DNA of 32,000 bases, from contig NZ_CP007754.1 of NCBI RefSeq assembly GCF_000757865.1, forward strand, positions 420,001 through 452,000, in the 5' to 3' direction. Positions 14,854 to 22,772 of this stretch are shown piece by piece. The translations under genes and the position numbers were made by a program. Under the pieces are notes generated by a model. The model worked only from the letters and a program-made list of their open reading frames with translations. It did no database searches and had not been told where the DNA came from. Source of the DNA: Prochlorococcus sp. MIT 0801. GTDB taxonomy: Bacteria > Cyanobacteriota > Cyanobacteriia > PCC-6307 > Cyanobiaceae. Every line of letters starts with the position of its first letter. Position 1 is the first letter of the stretch.

Positions 14854-15323
14854 ATTTTATTCATGCTCCACTCACATTGACTTGAATACCTTTTATAGAT
14901 ACGTGCAAAGCCTTTTTCAACTAGGTGTTCTTGAATATTAATAGGACCTTTTGATAACTCCGCGACTGTTCTTCCATATCGATCTTCACTGATACGGCGA
15001 ATGCTTATTGCTGATCCGGCAACTAAATCATTTAAATAATCTCTTGCTGCTTTAGCAGCAATTAGATCAGCTTTTTTTTCTCTCAATTCAGGAGTATCAA
15101 TACAAGCAAGTTGGATCTGTTCTCCTTCGGTAGTTGTACAAGTATCCACGTCGTAGCAGTTTTGTATGGTGACTATTGGCAGATCAGAAGCGCTTGGATA
15201 AGTGGTTAGTGTCTGGAAGAGCGTAATCATCGCTAATACAAAGACAATAAATAATGCTGAGAAAAATCCAATAAGTAGATTTCTTATAAATCGCTGTTCA
15301 GAGTTCAGTTTATATTTTGGCAT
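14850..15323 (-). CDS. membrane-anchored staphylococcal-nuclease-like (SNase/thermonuclease family) protein
   Basis: The SNase signature order is present: DVDT (for DGDT), QLACIDTPE, DRYGRTVAEL and LVEKGFARIYKRY. A TM helix (LLIGFFSALFIVFVLAMITLF) precedes it. I prefer the ATG at 15323 (MPKYKL...) because the track's TTG start at 15416 lies inside the non-coding repeat R1-C. Confidence 0.8.
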   Translation of the reverse strand: MPKYKLNSEQRFIRNLLIGFFSALFIVFVLAMITLFQTLTTYPSASDLPIVTIQNCYDVDTCTTTEGEQIQLACIDTPELREKKADLIAAKAARDYLNDLVAGSAISIRRISEDRYGRTVAELSKGPINIQEHLVEKGFARIYKRYSSQCEWSMNKI

Positions 15324-15324
15324 T

Positions 15325-15416
15325 GTGATTGTGAACCTAACCTGATCCAATCCATCTGAGGCTTTCTTCTGATGGCTTGATCTTTTTACCTTTACCAGGA
15401 ATGTCCGAAGACTCAA
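15325..15416. repeat. R1 repeat, copy C (~90 nt), directly abutting the nuclease ATG
   Basis: Aligns with copies A and B. The repeat ends 1-2 nt before the ATG at 15323 when read on the minus strand. Confidence 0.85.
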
Positions 15417-15420
15417 TAGT

Positions 15421-15426
15421 ATTTTA
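15421..15426 (-). promoter_or_regulatory. candidate -10 box TAAAAT just upstream of R1-C (minus strand)
   Basis: The minus strand reads GTTATAAAATACTATTGAGTC. The identical hexamer TAAAAT lies upstream of R1-A (656-661, minus strand), but there is no clear equivalent upstream of R1-B. No convincing -35 element was seen. Confidence 0.3.
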
Positions 15427-15530
15427 TAACGAACTCCTGTTTTGCTTGCATCATGAGAAGTAATTGCTGTTAGTGAATCAGATATATCTTCTATTTAAAT
15501 GGCAAGAATATTATTAATCCATTAATCTTG

Positions 15531-15680
15531 ATGCCGCAGATTACTCTTCTGCTATCTCAGTTTTTATTCTTGACAGTATTTGCTAGCGGTTTGTCTTTAA
15601 TATCGATGCTATTTTTACGGCTTGTGAAAGAGCCTTTCTCCCCTGTACACAGAGGGGCATTGTACTCTCTGTATGATTGA
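15531..15680 (+). CDS. hypothetical small hydrophobic protein (49 aa), weak call
   Basis: My own translation gives MPQITLLLSQFLFLTVFASGLSLISMLFLRLVKEPFSPVHRGALYSLYD, with one clear TM-like segment. There is no other support. Confidence 0.2.
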   Translation: MPQITLLLSQFLFLTVFASGLSLISMLFLRLVKEPFSPVHRGALYSLYD

Positions 15681-15907
15681 GAACATCTTCCGTGTTAAAG
15701 CACTTCCAAGACATCTTTAGGATAGAAAGGGAACCGAACAAATTTCCAACACACTCATTAAAACTGTTAGTCAGAATATTTAAATGTTGGGATCAGCACC
15801 AACTAGGGTAGAGAAGCTTATGCGATGTGAATTTCTTTCTTGAATCAAGGGATTTGGAGTTTTCTGTGGTCAGCTCTCTACTCTTTCCTAACTTTTATTG
15901 AGGCTTG

Positions 15908-16120
15908 ATGATGAGCAATCACAACTCCACGCTAAATTCCTCACATGCACCATACAAGAGACGGACTTCTTTGAGTGAATTGGATCGAGAAATTGAAATG
16001 GGTCAATTAAGATTGAGATATATACAGTTGATGAGAGATGCTCAAAAGAGCCTTGGAGAGGAAGATGCTATAAACTTAATTAAAGATTCTGAAAAGATCT
16101 GGGAAAAACTTAGTGCCTAA
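15908..16120 (+). CDS. R3 small protein (about 70 aa), hypothetical
   Basis: The ORF track gives 15905..16120, where the first codon is TTG and ATGs follow at 15908 and 15911. A paralog exists at 2711..2938. The conserved C-terminal half is LRLRYIQLMxDAQKxLGxxxAIxLIKxSExIWEKLSA. Confidence 0.55.
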   Translation: MMSNHNSTLNSSHAPYKRRTSLSELDREIEMGQLRLRYIQLMRDAQKSLGEEDAINLIKDSEKIWEKLSA

Positions 16121-16304
16121 TCAAGTTTTACTCAAGGGGGTTGTAGGTAGAAGTTCGTTAAATCTGTCTAAATATAGCTACCTGTAATATTCTTTCTCAG
16201 CCCTTTGTTTTGAAGAGATTTTTCTTTTAATAGATCAGCAGAACTTTCTTCTGCTCTTCTTCAAGAAAGTTGTGGAGGAATTTCTTTATGCTGACTTCCT
16301 TGGA

Positions 16305-16615
16305 CTAAACCATATTCTCGCCAATCATTCTTGATCTTCTTCTAGGTTTATTGGTTTCTATTTCGTACTGAGCTTTTGCGAATGCTGCTTCCTCAACCTG
16401 ATCTGCGATCTCGTTCCTTAGTGCTTTATGTGCATCAAGTGATTTATCAATTGAATCACCTACGGTATGTACATCCTTAACAACTTTGTACTTGTACTTC
16501 TTATTATTAAATTGGGACTAGCTCTCAATACCAGAAAACGTTTGGATCTCTTTAAAATGACAAGACAGAGCCTTTACCTCCAAGCATTTTTGTTTTTTTC
16601 GGGGATATTCGAAAT
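16305..16615 (-). pseudogene. decayed R2 gene copy next to rpsD
   Basis: Relative to 12002..12205, the start ATG is ATT here (16613-16615). There is a 1-nt insertion in the first ~20 codons. CGA has become TGA (TATTGAGAG versus TATCGAGAG). TAA triplets occur near 16505-16515. A longer ancestral tail remains readable: ...KDVHTVGDSIDKSLDAHKALRNEIADQVEEAAFAKAQYEIE.... Confidence 0.7.
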
Positions 16616-16703
16616 AAAAAAACTCTCACCTTACTGAAAACAGCTTAGCAAGAGTTTGACAAAAGTTTGAACTGAGTCGTCAGAAGAAAGTAATAGATTA
16701 GCT

Positions 16704-17312
16704 CTAAACTTTTCTTGAGTAATACTCAACAACTAACAATTCATTAATTTCAATAGCAACCCATTCCCTATCTGTCTTTGCAGATATCTTTGCCGAGAGT
16801 TTGGTTTTATCAAGCTCAAGGTGCGGAGGAACATTAGCAAGACCTGGGAATTCTAAGTTAGCTTGAGCCAGTTGCTTACTAGCTTTGTTGTCTCTGATAG
16901 CAATCACATCTCCAGCCTTGCATTGGTAACTTGCAATGTCAGTGATTTTGCCATTAACAGTTACATGCCCATGGTTTACTAACTGTCTTGAACCTGGGAT
17001 GGTAGGTCCAAATCCAAGCCTAAAACAAACATTATCAAGCCTATTTTCCAGAAGCTTTAAGAGATTTGTTCCTGTGGAACCCTCCTGAGCACGAGCTTTC
17101 TTTACGTAGCGAACAAGCTGGCGTTCAGAAATACCATAGTTGAATCGAAGTTTTTGCTTTTCTTCGAGTCGGATCGCGTATTCAGAGCGCTTGCGACGGG
17201 CTTGGCCGTGCTGACCTGGTGGATGAGACCTTTTTGCGGCCTTCCGGGTGAGACCAGGTAGGTCTCCCAAGCGTCGCGTGATCCTCAAACGAGGTCCGCG
17301 GTATCTAGACAT
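16704..17312 (-). CDS. rpsD: 30S ribosomal protein S4
   Basis: [22 protein letters not shown]..., [13 protein letters not shown] and the S4 RNA-binding domain are present. It is full length at 202 aa. Confidence 0.98.
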   Translation of the reverse strand: MSRYRGPRLRITRRLGDLPGLTRKAAKRSHPPGQHGQARRKRSEYAIRLEEKQKLRFNYGISERQLVRYVKKARAQEGSTGTNLLKLLENRLDNVCFRLGFGPTIPGSRQLVNHGHVTVNGKITDIASYQCKAGDVIAIRDNKASKQLAQANLEFPGLANVPPHLELDKTKLSAKISAKTDREWVAIEINELLVVEYYSRKV

Positions 17313-17403
17313 AAGGGTTTAATTTAGAAAATGTTCACTGGTAAGGGTAATCTGGAATAAATCCATTGCCCCCTGATTCACCAGTTCATTATTCTATCTA
17401 AAG

Positions 17404-17643
17404 ATGCTTACAAAGATCAATAAAGCCATTGCACTTATTTTTGTTAGTTTGATTTCCTTTTATCAGAAGTGGATTTCACCATTGTTTGGACCGAGTTGTC
17501 GATTTATCCCTAGTTGCAGTGCTTATGGGATAGAAGCCGTTAATAGGCATGGTCCTTGGAGAGGTGGTTGGTTGACCTTGAAAAGATTAAGTAAATGTCA
17601 TCCTTTTACCCCATGTGGGTGTGACCCAGTTCCAGAAAAATGA
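17404..17643 (+). CDS. yidD: membrane protein insertion efficiency factor YidD
   Basis: 79 aa with [28 protein letters not shown]...[15 protein letters not shown], the canonical YidD signature. Confidence 0.93.
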   Translation: MLTKINKAIALIFVSLISFYQKWISPLFGPSCRFIPSCSAYGIEAVNRHGPWRGGWLTLKRLSKCHPFTPCGCDPVPEK

Positions 17644-17951
17644 ACTCAGAGGTATTGATCTTATATTCACGTAAAGGCTGCTGCTTGTGTCAAACACTTG
17701 AGGAGAAATTATCTAGGATATGTCTAGATAATTTAAACCCTTCTGTTGTGCTTTCCATTATCGATATAGATAGTAAAACAGTGTCTTTAGATATACAAAT
17801 GAAGTATACAAATGAAGTTCCAGTAATAGTTCTTGACTCAACTAGATTGTTAAAAAAGATTGAATTGCCTCGGGTCTCACCACGTTTAAAGGAAGACATG
17901 CTTTTATCTTGGATACAAAAGAATTTGAATATTTTGTACAAAAAAGTTTAA
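17640..17951 (+). CDS. glutaredoxin-like thioredoxin-fold protein (DUF836-like)
   Basis: The N-terminus reads [19 protein letters not shown] (CxxC after a beta-strand). ATGA start/stop coupling with yidD at 17640-17643. Confidence 0.7.
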   Translation: MNSEVLILYSRKGCCLCQTLEEKLSRICLDNLNPSVVLSIIDIDSKTVSLDIQMKYTNEVPVIVLDSTRLLKKIELPRVSPRLKEDMLLSWIQKNLNILYKKV

Positions 17952-18140
17952 GAAAATAACCAATTCTTCTTTTTAATAAAGTTCTTTATTGATTTCAAAG
18001 AGAAAAACATAATTTATTTTTTTAATAACTAAAATTATTTTATGAAGAAGATTAAATTTCTTTTTAATTACTGAATAGTAAGTAGATTTCTTTTGTGGTG
18101 AAAATCATGCAGATCTTTTTATACTTGAAATGATCCTTCA

Positions 18141-19697
18141 TTGATTTTTCATTATCCGAGGTTTGTTTTGTCGCGTTATCTGCACACTTTGTTGAAAGCA
18201 ATTGATCTTCAGGTCCGCTCAGGGTTAGCAAATCCAGAAATAAAAAATCTGTCCACTGATTCTAGAGAAATTGAGAAAGGTGATTTGTTCTTAGGTTTAG
18301 AAGGTGAAAAAGTTGATGGGGGGAACTTTTGGGCAAAAGCACTTGAGAGAGGTGCTTGTGCAGCCATTATTAGTAAAAAGGCTTCTCTTTTAAATCCGCC
18401 AGCTAACGAAGACCCCGTAGTTATTCTCCCAGAGCCTGTATCACTATTTATGGGTAAATTAGCTGCAGATTTTTGGGGTAAGCCATCTAGTGAGATTTGT
18501 TTGATAGGTATTACTGGTACTAACGGAAAAACGACTACATCATTTTTAATTGAATTTCTGACTACTTCGCTTGGCCATCCATCCGCTTTGTTTGGAACAT
18601 TAATTAATAGATGGCCTAATCATGAGGAAACTTCAAAATATACAACTACTTTTGCGGTCCCTTTGCAGGCAAAACTTAGGAAAGCCGTTCAGGCAGGAGT
18701 TGAATATGCAGCAATGGAAGTAAGTTCACATGCGTTGTCTCAGAATAGAGTCGCTGGTTGTGATTTTAATGGGGCAATATTTACAAACCTTTCAAGAGAC
18801 CATTTAGATTATCACGATTCAATGGAATCTTATTTTGAGGCTAAAGCTAGTTTGTTCCGATCACATCTGATAGACGATGATGGTCCTAGATCAGTAATTA
18901 ATATAGACGATAAATGGGGTTCAATATTAGCAAAAGAGCTCAACAAAAAATGTTGGACATGTTCATTAAAAGAGAACTCCCAAACCAGAGAGAAACCAGA
19001 TTTATATATTAGCAATCTTCAAATTATGCAAGACGGATACATGGGAAAATTGCATACGCCATTTGGGGTGGGAAATTTTATTTCACCACTAATAGGTGAG
19101 TTTAATTTAATGAATATGTTGCAAGCAGTAGGAATTTTAGTTCAAAGGGGACTCCCATTAAATGATCTTTTAGAAGCTTTAAACAAGTTCCCTGGAGTGC
19201 CAGGGAGAATGCAACTGATAAACATGGATGGATTTAAAGTAAAAGACGGCTATCCACTAGTGATAGTAGATTATGCTCATACACCAGATGGTTTACAAAA
19301 TGCTTTAATCGCATCAAGATCATTGACGAAAAAAAGATTAATTTGTGTCTTTGGTTGTGGTGGTGATAGAGATAAAGGTAAAAGATCTAAGATGGGGGAA
19401 GTTGCTGCTAAGTTTGCAGATTGTATAGTTGTGACATCTGATAATCCTCGACAAGAAGACCCAATCGAAATTATTAAAGATATTGAAAAGGGTATAACAA
19501 TTGATTCTGAAATTTCTGTTGAGCCAGAGAGATCCATTGCAATTCAATTTGCCATAGCAAAAGCCAAGAAAAACGATGTTGTTTTAATCGCAGGGAAAGG
19601 TCATGAGGATTATCAAATTCTAAAAGATCAGACAATTTATTTTGACGATCGTGAACAAGCTAGAAAAGCACTATCTTTAAGAACAGATGTTATTTGA
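18141..19697 (+). CDS. murE: UDP-N-acetylmuramoyl-L-alanyl-D-glutamate--2,6-diaminopimelate ligase
   Basis: Mur ligase P-loop GITGTNGKTTT. Also EVSSHAL, DYAHTPD and the DAP-specific DNPR motif (SDNPRQEDP). The track start is a TTG, and the true start may be the TTG at 18168 (LSRYLHTLLK...). Confidence 0.93.
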   Translation: MIFHYPRFVLSRYLHTLLKAIDLQVRSGLANPEIKNLSTDSREIEKGDLFLGLEGEKVDGGNFWAKALERGACAAIISKKASLLNPPANEDPVVILPEPVSLFMGKLAADFWGKPSSEICLIGITGTNGKTTTSFLIEFLTTSLGHPSALFGTLINRWPNHEETSKYTTTFAVPLQAKLRKAVQAGVEYAAMEVSSHALSQNRVAGCDFNGAIFTNLSRDHLDYHDSMESYFEAKASLFRSHLIDDDGPRSVINIDDKWGSILAKELNKKCWTCSLKENSQTREKPDLYISNLQIMQDGYMGKLHTPFGVGNFISPLIGEFNLMNMLQAVGILVQRGLPLNDLLEALNKFPGVPGRMQLINMDGFKVKDGYPLVIVDYAHTPDGLQNALIASRSLTKKRLICVFGCGGDRDKGKRSKMGEVAAKFADCIVVTSDNPRQEDPIEIIKDIEKGITIDSEISVEPERSIAIQFAIAKAKKNDVVLIAGKGHEDYQILKDQTIYFDDREQARKALSLRTDVI

Positions 19698-20900
19698 CTA
19701 CTTAGTCGAGATGAAATTTTTTAGACCAATAACAAGGTTATCTATTTCGTTTGAATCTGTAGTTATGTGAACGCAAGCACGAAGCCATTTAGGATCCTCG
19801 AGGACTCTTATCCATAAATTCTCTTTACCAAGATAATCGACAACCTCTTCAGGAGAATGGTTCCCATTAATGGTAAAACTTATAATTCCTGAAGGTGGAG
19901 GACTATTTAAAACAAGTTCAATGTTTTTGATTTGGTTGAGTTTCTCCCACAGGATACAGCTGAGGCTTTTAATCTTAAAAAAGCGCTCAGTCTCATTACC
20001 TTCGTTTTTTAGCATTGCTAGAGAGCTTCTGAGACCAGCTAAAAGAGGGATACAAGAAGTCGCTATCTCAAAACGTCTGGCATCAGAATGAAAAGGAGCT
20101 TTATTATTTATATGTATTCCTTCTTCAGCTTTTAAGCTTTTCCAACCAATCAATGTTGGGCTAGATTCTTCTAGAACTCTTGCTGAAAGAACAACAGCGC
20201 CCAAGCCCTCAGGCCCGTAAGCCCATTTATGTCCTGTAAACGCATAGATGTCCGCAGTATCACAAGCACCTTTGCTTGGAATATGACAAAAGCTTTGAGC
20301 AGCATCAACTAATAAATAAGGTTTGCTTGAATGCTCTTTAAGTCTTTTTGAAATAAGTTCAATTGGCATAATTTGCCCTGTATTCCAAAGGAGATGTGAA
20401 AGAACAATAAGCTTCGTATTTTTTTGAAGATATTCATCTATCAATTTCAGTACTGTGTTATACGTCTCATCTTTCTTGTCGTTACCATTGCATAACTTTG
20501 ATACAGGAAGTATTGCTATTGTTAGATTCTTTTTTCGAGCTAACTCTTTGCATGCTGCAATTATCCCCGGATGCTCACAATCGCTAAGTAATAAATTATC
20601 ACCATCAGAAAATGGTAGCCCTAGTAAAGGCAAGACACATCCGGAGGTGACATTTTCAGTAAATGCAATTCTCTTAGGATGTATAGAGCAAATCTCCGCT
20701 ATAAGATTTTTTGTGGTTATTACCTCTTTCGTGATGTATGGCCAAACATTATTTGTGAATGGACCTAATTTTTGAATTGTTTGCCAACTAGAAGTTATTG
20801 CATTTAATGATTGAGTTGGGAGTGGACCTTGACCTCCATAATTGAAATAAGCTTTATTTTGCAGCGCGGGCATATTGTCTTTGAACAATATTGGTGACAT
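19698..20900 (-). CDS. class-V aminotransferase (cysteine desulfurase / isopenicillin-N-epimerase-like), PLP-dependent
   Basis: 400 aa. DAAQSF...IYAFTGHKWAYGPEGLGA carries the PLP-lysine motif GHKW. The overall layout is class-V. Confidence 0.8.
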   Translation of the reverse strand: MSPILFKDNMPALQNKAYFNYGGQGPLPTQSLNAITSSWQTIQKLGPFTNNVWPYITKEVITTKNLIAEICSIHPKRIAFTENVTSGCVLPLLGLPFSDGDNLLLSDCEHPGIIAACKELARKKNLTIAILPVSKLCNGNDKKDETYNTVLKLIDEYLQKNTKLIVLSHLLWNTGQIMPIELISKRLKEHSSKPYLLVDAAQSFCHIPSKGACDTADIYAFTGHKWAYGPEGLGAVVLSARVLEESSPTLIGWKSLKAEEGIHINNKAPFHSDARRFEIATSCIPLLAGLRSSLAMLKNEGNETERFFKIKSLSCILWEKLNQIKNIELVLNSPPPSGIISFTINGNHSPEEVVDYLGKENLWIRVLEDPKWLRACVHITTDSNEIDNLVIGLKNFISTK

Positions 20901-21683
20901 ATCTTTTTTTTTCTTAGTTGTGGTTACTAAGAATATCTTTTTTTTGCCAACTTACCAATTTGTGTCTGTCTTCTAGTTATGTCAACCTAACGCCTACAAT
21001 TTTTTTTTGTATTTTATAAGCGATTAAAAAAAACATGTTATTAAAGTATGATGGTTTTAATTTTTTATTGGTTCATGAATATTAAAAAAGAACAAAAAAT
21101 CAAAGCTCAAGAATGGGTGGTTATGTTCGATGGGCAAATAAAAAAAAGTGAGAAACAGATCGATTCTGATGAGCATCATTTAGAAGTTAATAATCAAAAG
21201 AGTGATTAGCTTTTGGTTTTGTTGGGCAAATTAGTGGAAATGATATTTTTTTGAACTTTTGAATTTATTTCTTTTAAAAGTGTTTCACTTTTTATGGGTT
21301 TTATATTAAAATGCTATTCCTAATTAAGTTTCAAGATGAAAATCGATTTTGGCCCCATAACTTTTAGCAGGATTGCTAGCATCCTTTTGATATTGGGCTT
21401 TTTCGGTCTTTTAGCTTATAATTCCACTCTTTAATATTATATTAATTGATAAAAAAACAATATAATATTCTGATTACACATATATAAACTAAATTATTTT
21501 CTATCGCTGGTAATTAATTATTTTTTAAAGTATTTATCACTTCAAAATCCTTTATATACAAATGTCTTTTCAATTATTGATCCATTGAATTTAAGATTAT
21601 AATAGGCCAATTTAAGTAGTTTCCTTTTGTAGCTCTCGATGTCTGTATTCATACAGTAGAATCACTTGAATTAATCAATACAA

Positions 21684-21920
21684 ATGGAAACTTCAACTAC
21701 TGATCCAACCTTATTGATGCTGATAGGAGGAATTGTTGTTTTACTAGCCGGCTCAGTAGCCTATGGCGTTTATTCAACATTCGGTTCGGGCTCAAAAGAG
21801 CTCAGAGACACTATTGATGAGCATGCGAAAATGCATGAATTAGGTATTGCGCATGGTCATGGTGGAAGTTCAGAGGCCTATGAGATGTCTGGAAAACTTC
21901 AAAAGGATCAAATTTCGTAA
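21684..21920 (+). CDS. hypothetical small membrane protein (78 aa)
   Basis: ORF track. It has a single N-terminal TM helix (LLMLIGGIVVLLAGSVAYGVY) followed by a charged tail. Confidence 0.4.
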   Translation: METSTTDPTLLMLIGGIVVLLAGSVAYGVYSTFGSGSKELRDTIDEHAKMHELGIAHGHGGSSEAYEMSGKLQKDQIS

Positions 21921-22091
21921 AAACGAAAGTCTCAAAACTTTATTTTGATGAAAAATTTTGTTTATACAAAATTTCATCAACATATTTAAACTGCTGGGAT
22001 GTAATATTGAAGAATTGATTTTAGATAAATTGTTCCCATTGAATGAAGATAATAATTTCTTCAAGAAAGTAATCTTATCTGATCTGTTCTC

Positions 22092-22760
22092 ATGTTGATC
22101 AGCGTCTTGACTGGCTTTTCTTCTGGGGCGGTGCATGTAGTTAGTGGTGCTGATCATATGGTGGCAATGGCTCCTTCCTCTGTCAGAAACCCTCGAGTAG
22201 CTTTGATAAATGGGTTGGCATGGGGGATTGGGCACTCAGCAGGGGTTTTAATTCTCTCGATATTAGGGATTTTGGCTAAGGACCTAATAAACATTGAACT
22301 AATGTCTTCTTATGCAGAGTTTCTTGTTGGTATAAGCCTTTTGATTGTCGGGGGAGTCGCTATTAGGACTTCCTTGAAAGTAAACATTCACATGCATCAG
22401 CATATGCATGGAGAAGAAGCGACTCATAAACATTTTCATTTCCATTCACTTGGAAATAAACTTCACAGAAGTCATACACATGCTGCAACTGGATTAGGGG
22501 TTTTACACGGGTTCGCTGGAGCCAGTCATTTGGTTGCAGTTATTCCAGCATTAGCATTGCCTTTGTTTGGAGCATTGGCTTATCTATTTTCATATTTACT
22601 TGGATCAATTTTTGCAATGGGATGCGTTGTTTTAGGAATATCTTTTGCAACGAGTAAAGCTAATAAAATGTTTTATCCTTTCTTGATGAGATCAATAGGA
22701 GCACTATCAATAGTGACTGGAATATTTTGGCTTCAAAAGACCTCAATTCTAACTTTTTAA
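22092..22760 (+). CDS. integral-membrane divalent-metal (Ni/Co-type) transporter-like protein with His-rich loop
   Basis: About 6 hydrophobic segments. The HVVSGADHM motif sits near the N-terminus. The central loop is NIHMHQHMHGEEATHKHFHFHSLGNKLHRSHTH. This resembles NicO/RcnA or HupE/UreJ-type proteins, but the family was not resolved by eye. Confidence 0.7.
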   Translation: MLISVLTGFSSGAVHVVSGADHMVAMAPSSVRNPRVALINGLAWGIGHSAGVLILSILGILAKDLINIELMSSYAEFLVGISLLIVGGVAIRTSLKVNIHMHQHMHGEEATHKHFHFHSLGNKLHRSHTHAATGLGVLHGFAGASHLVAVIPALALPLFGALAYLFSYLLGSIFAMGCVVLGISFATSKANKMFYPFLMRSIGALSIVTGIFWLQKTSILTF

Positions 22761-22772
22761 AAGTATTGCTTC

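Noticed and set aside
15324-15416. The track's TTG start at 15416, which would give a 188-aa nuclease.
   Set aside because: The extra 31 codons are the R1-C repeat itself. The ATG at 15323 gives a normal N-terminus (short basic stretch plus TM helix).
21870-22235. A 121-aa minus-strand ORF overlapping the ends of two plus-strand genes.
   Set aside because: It overlaps the 5' end of the His-rich transporter and the 3' end of ORF 21684..21920. Its composition (Arg/His/Ser/Asn) looks like antisense noise.
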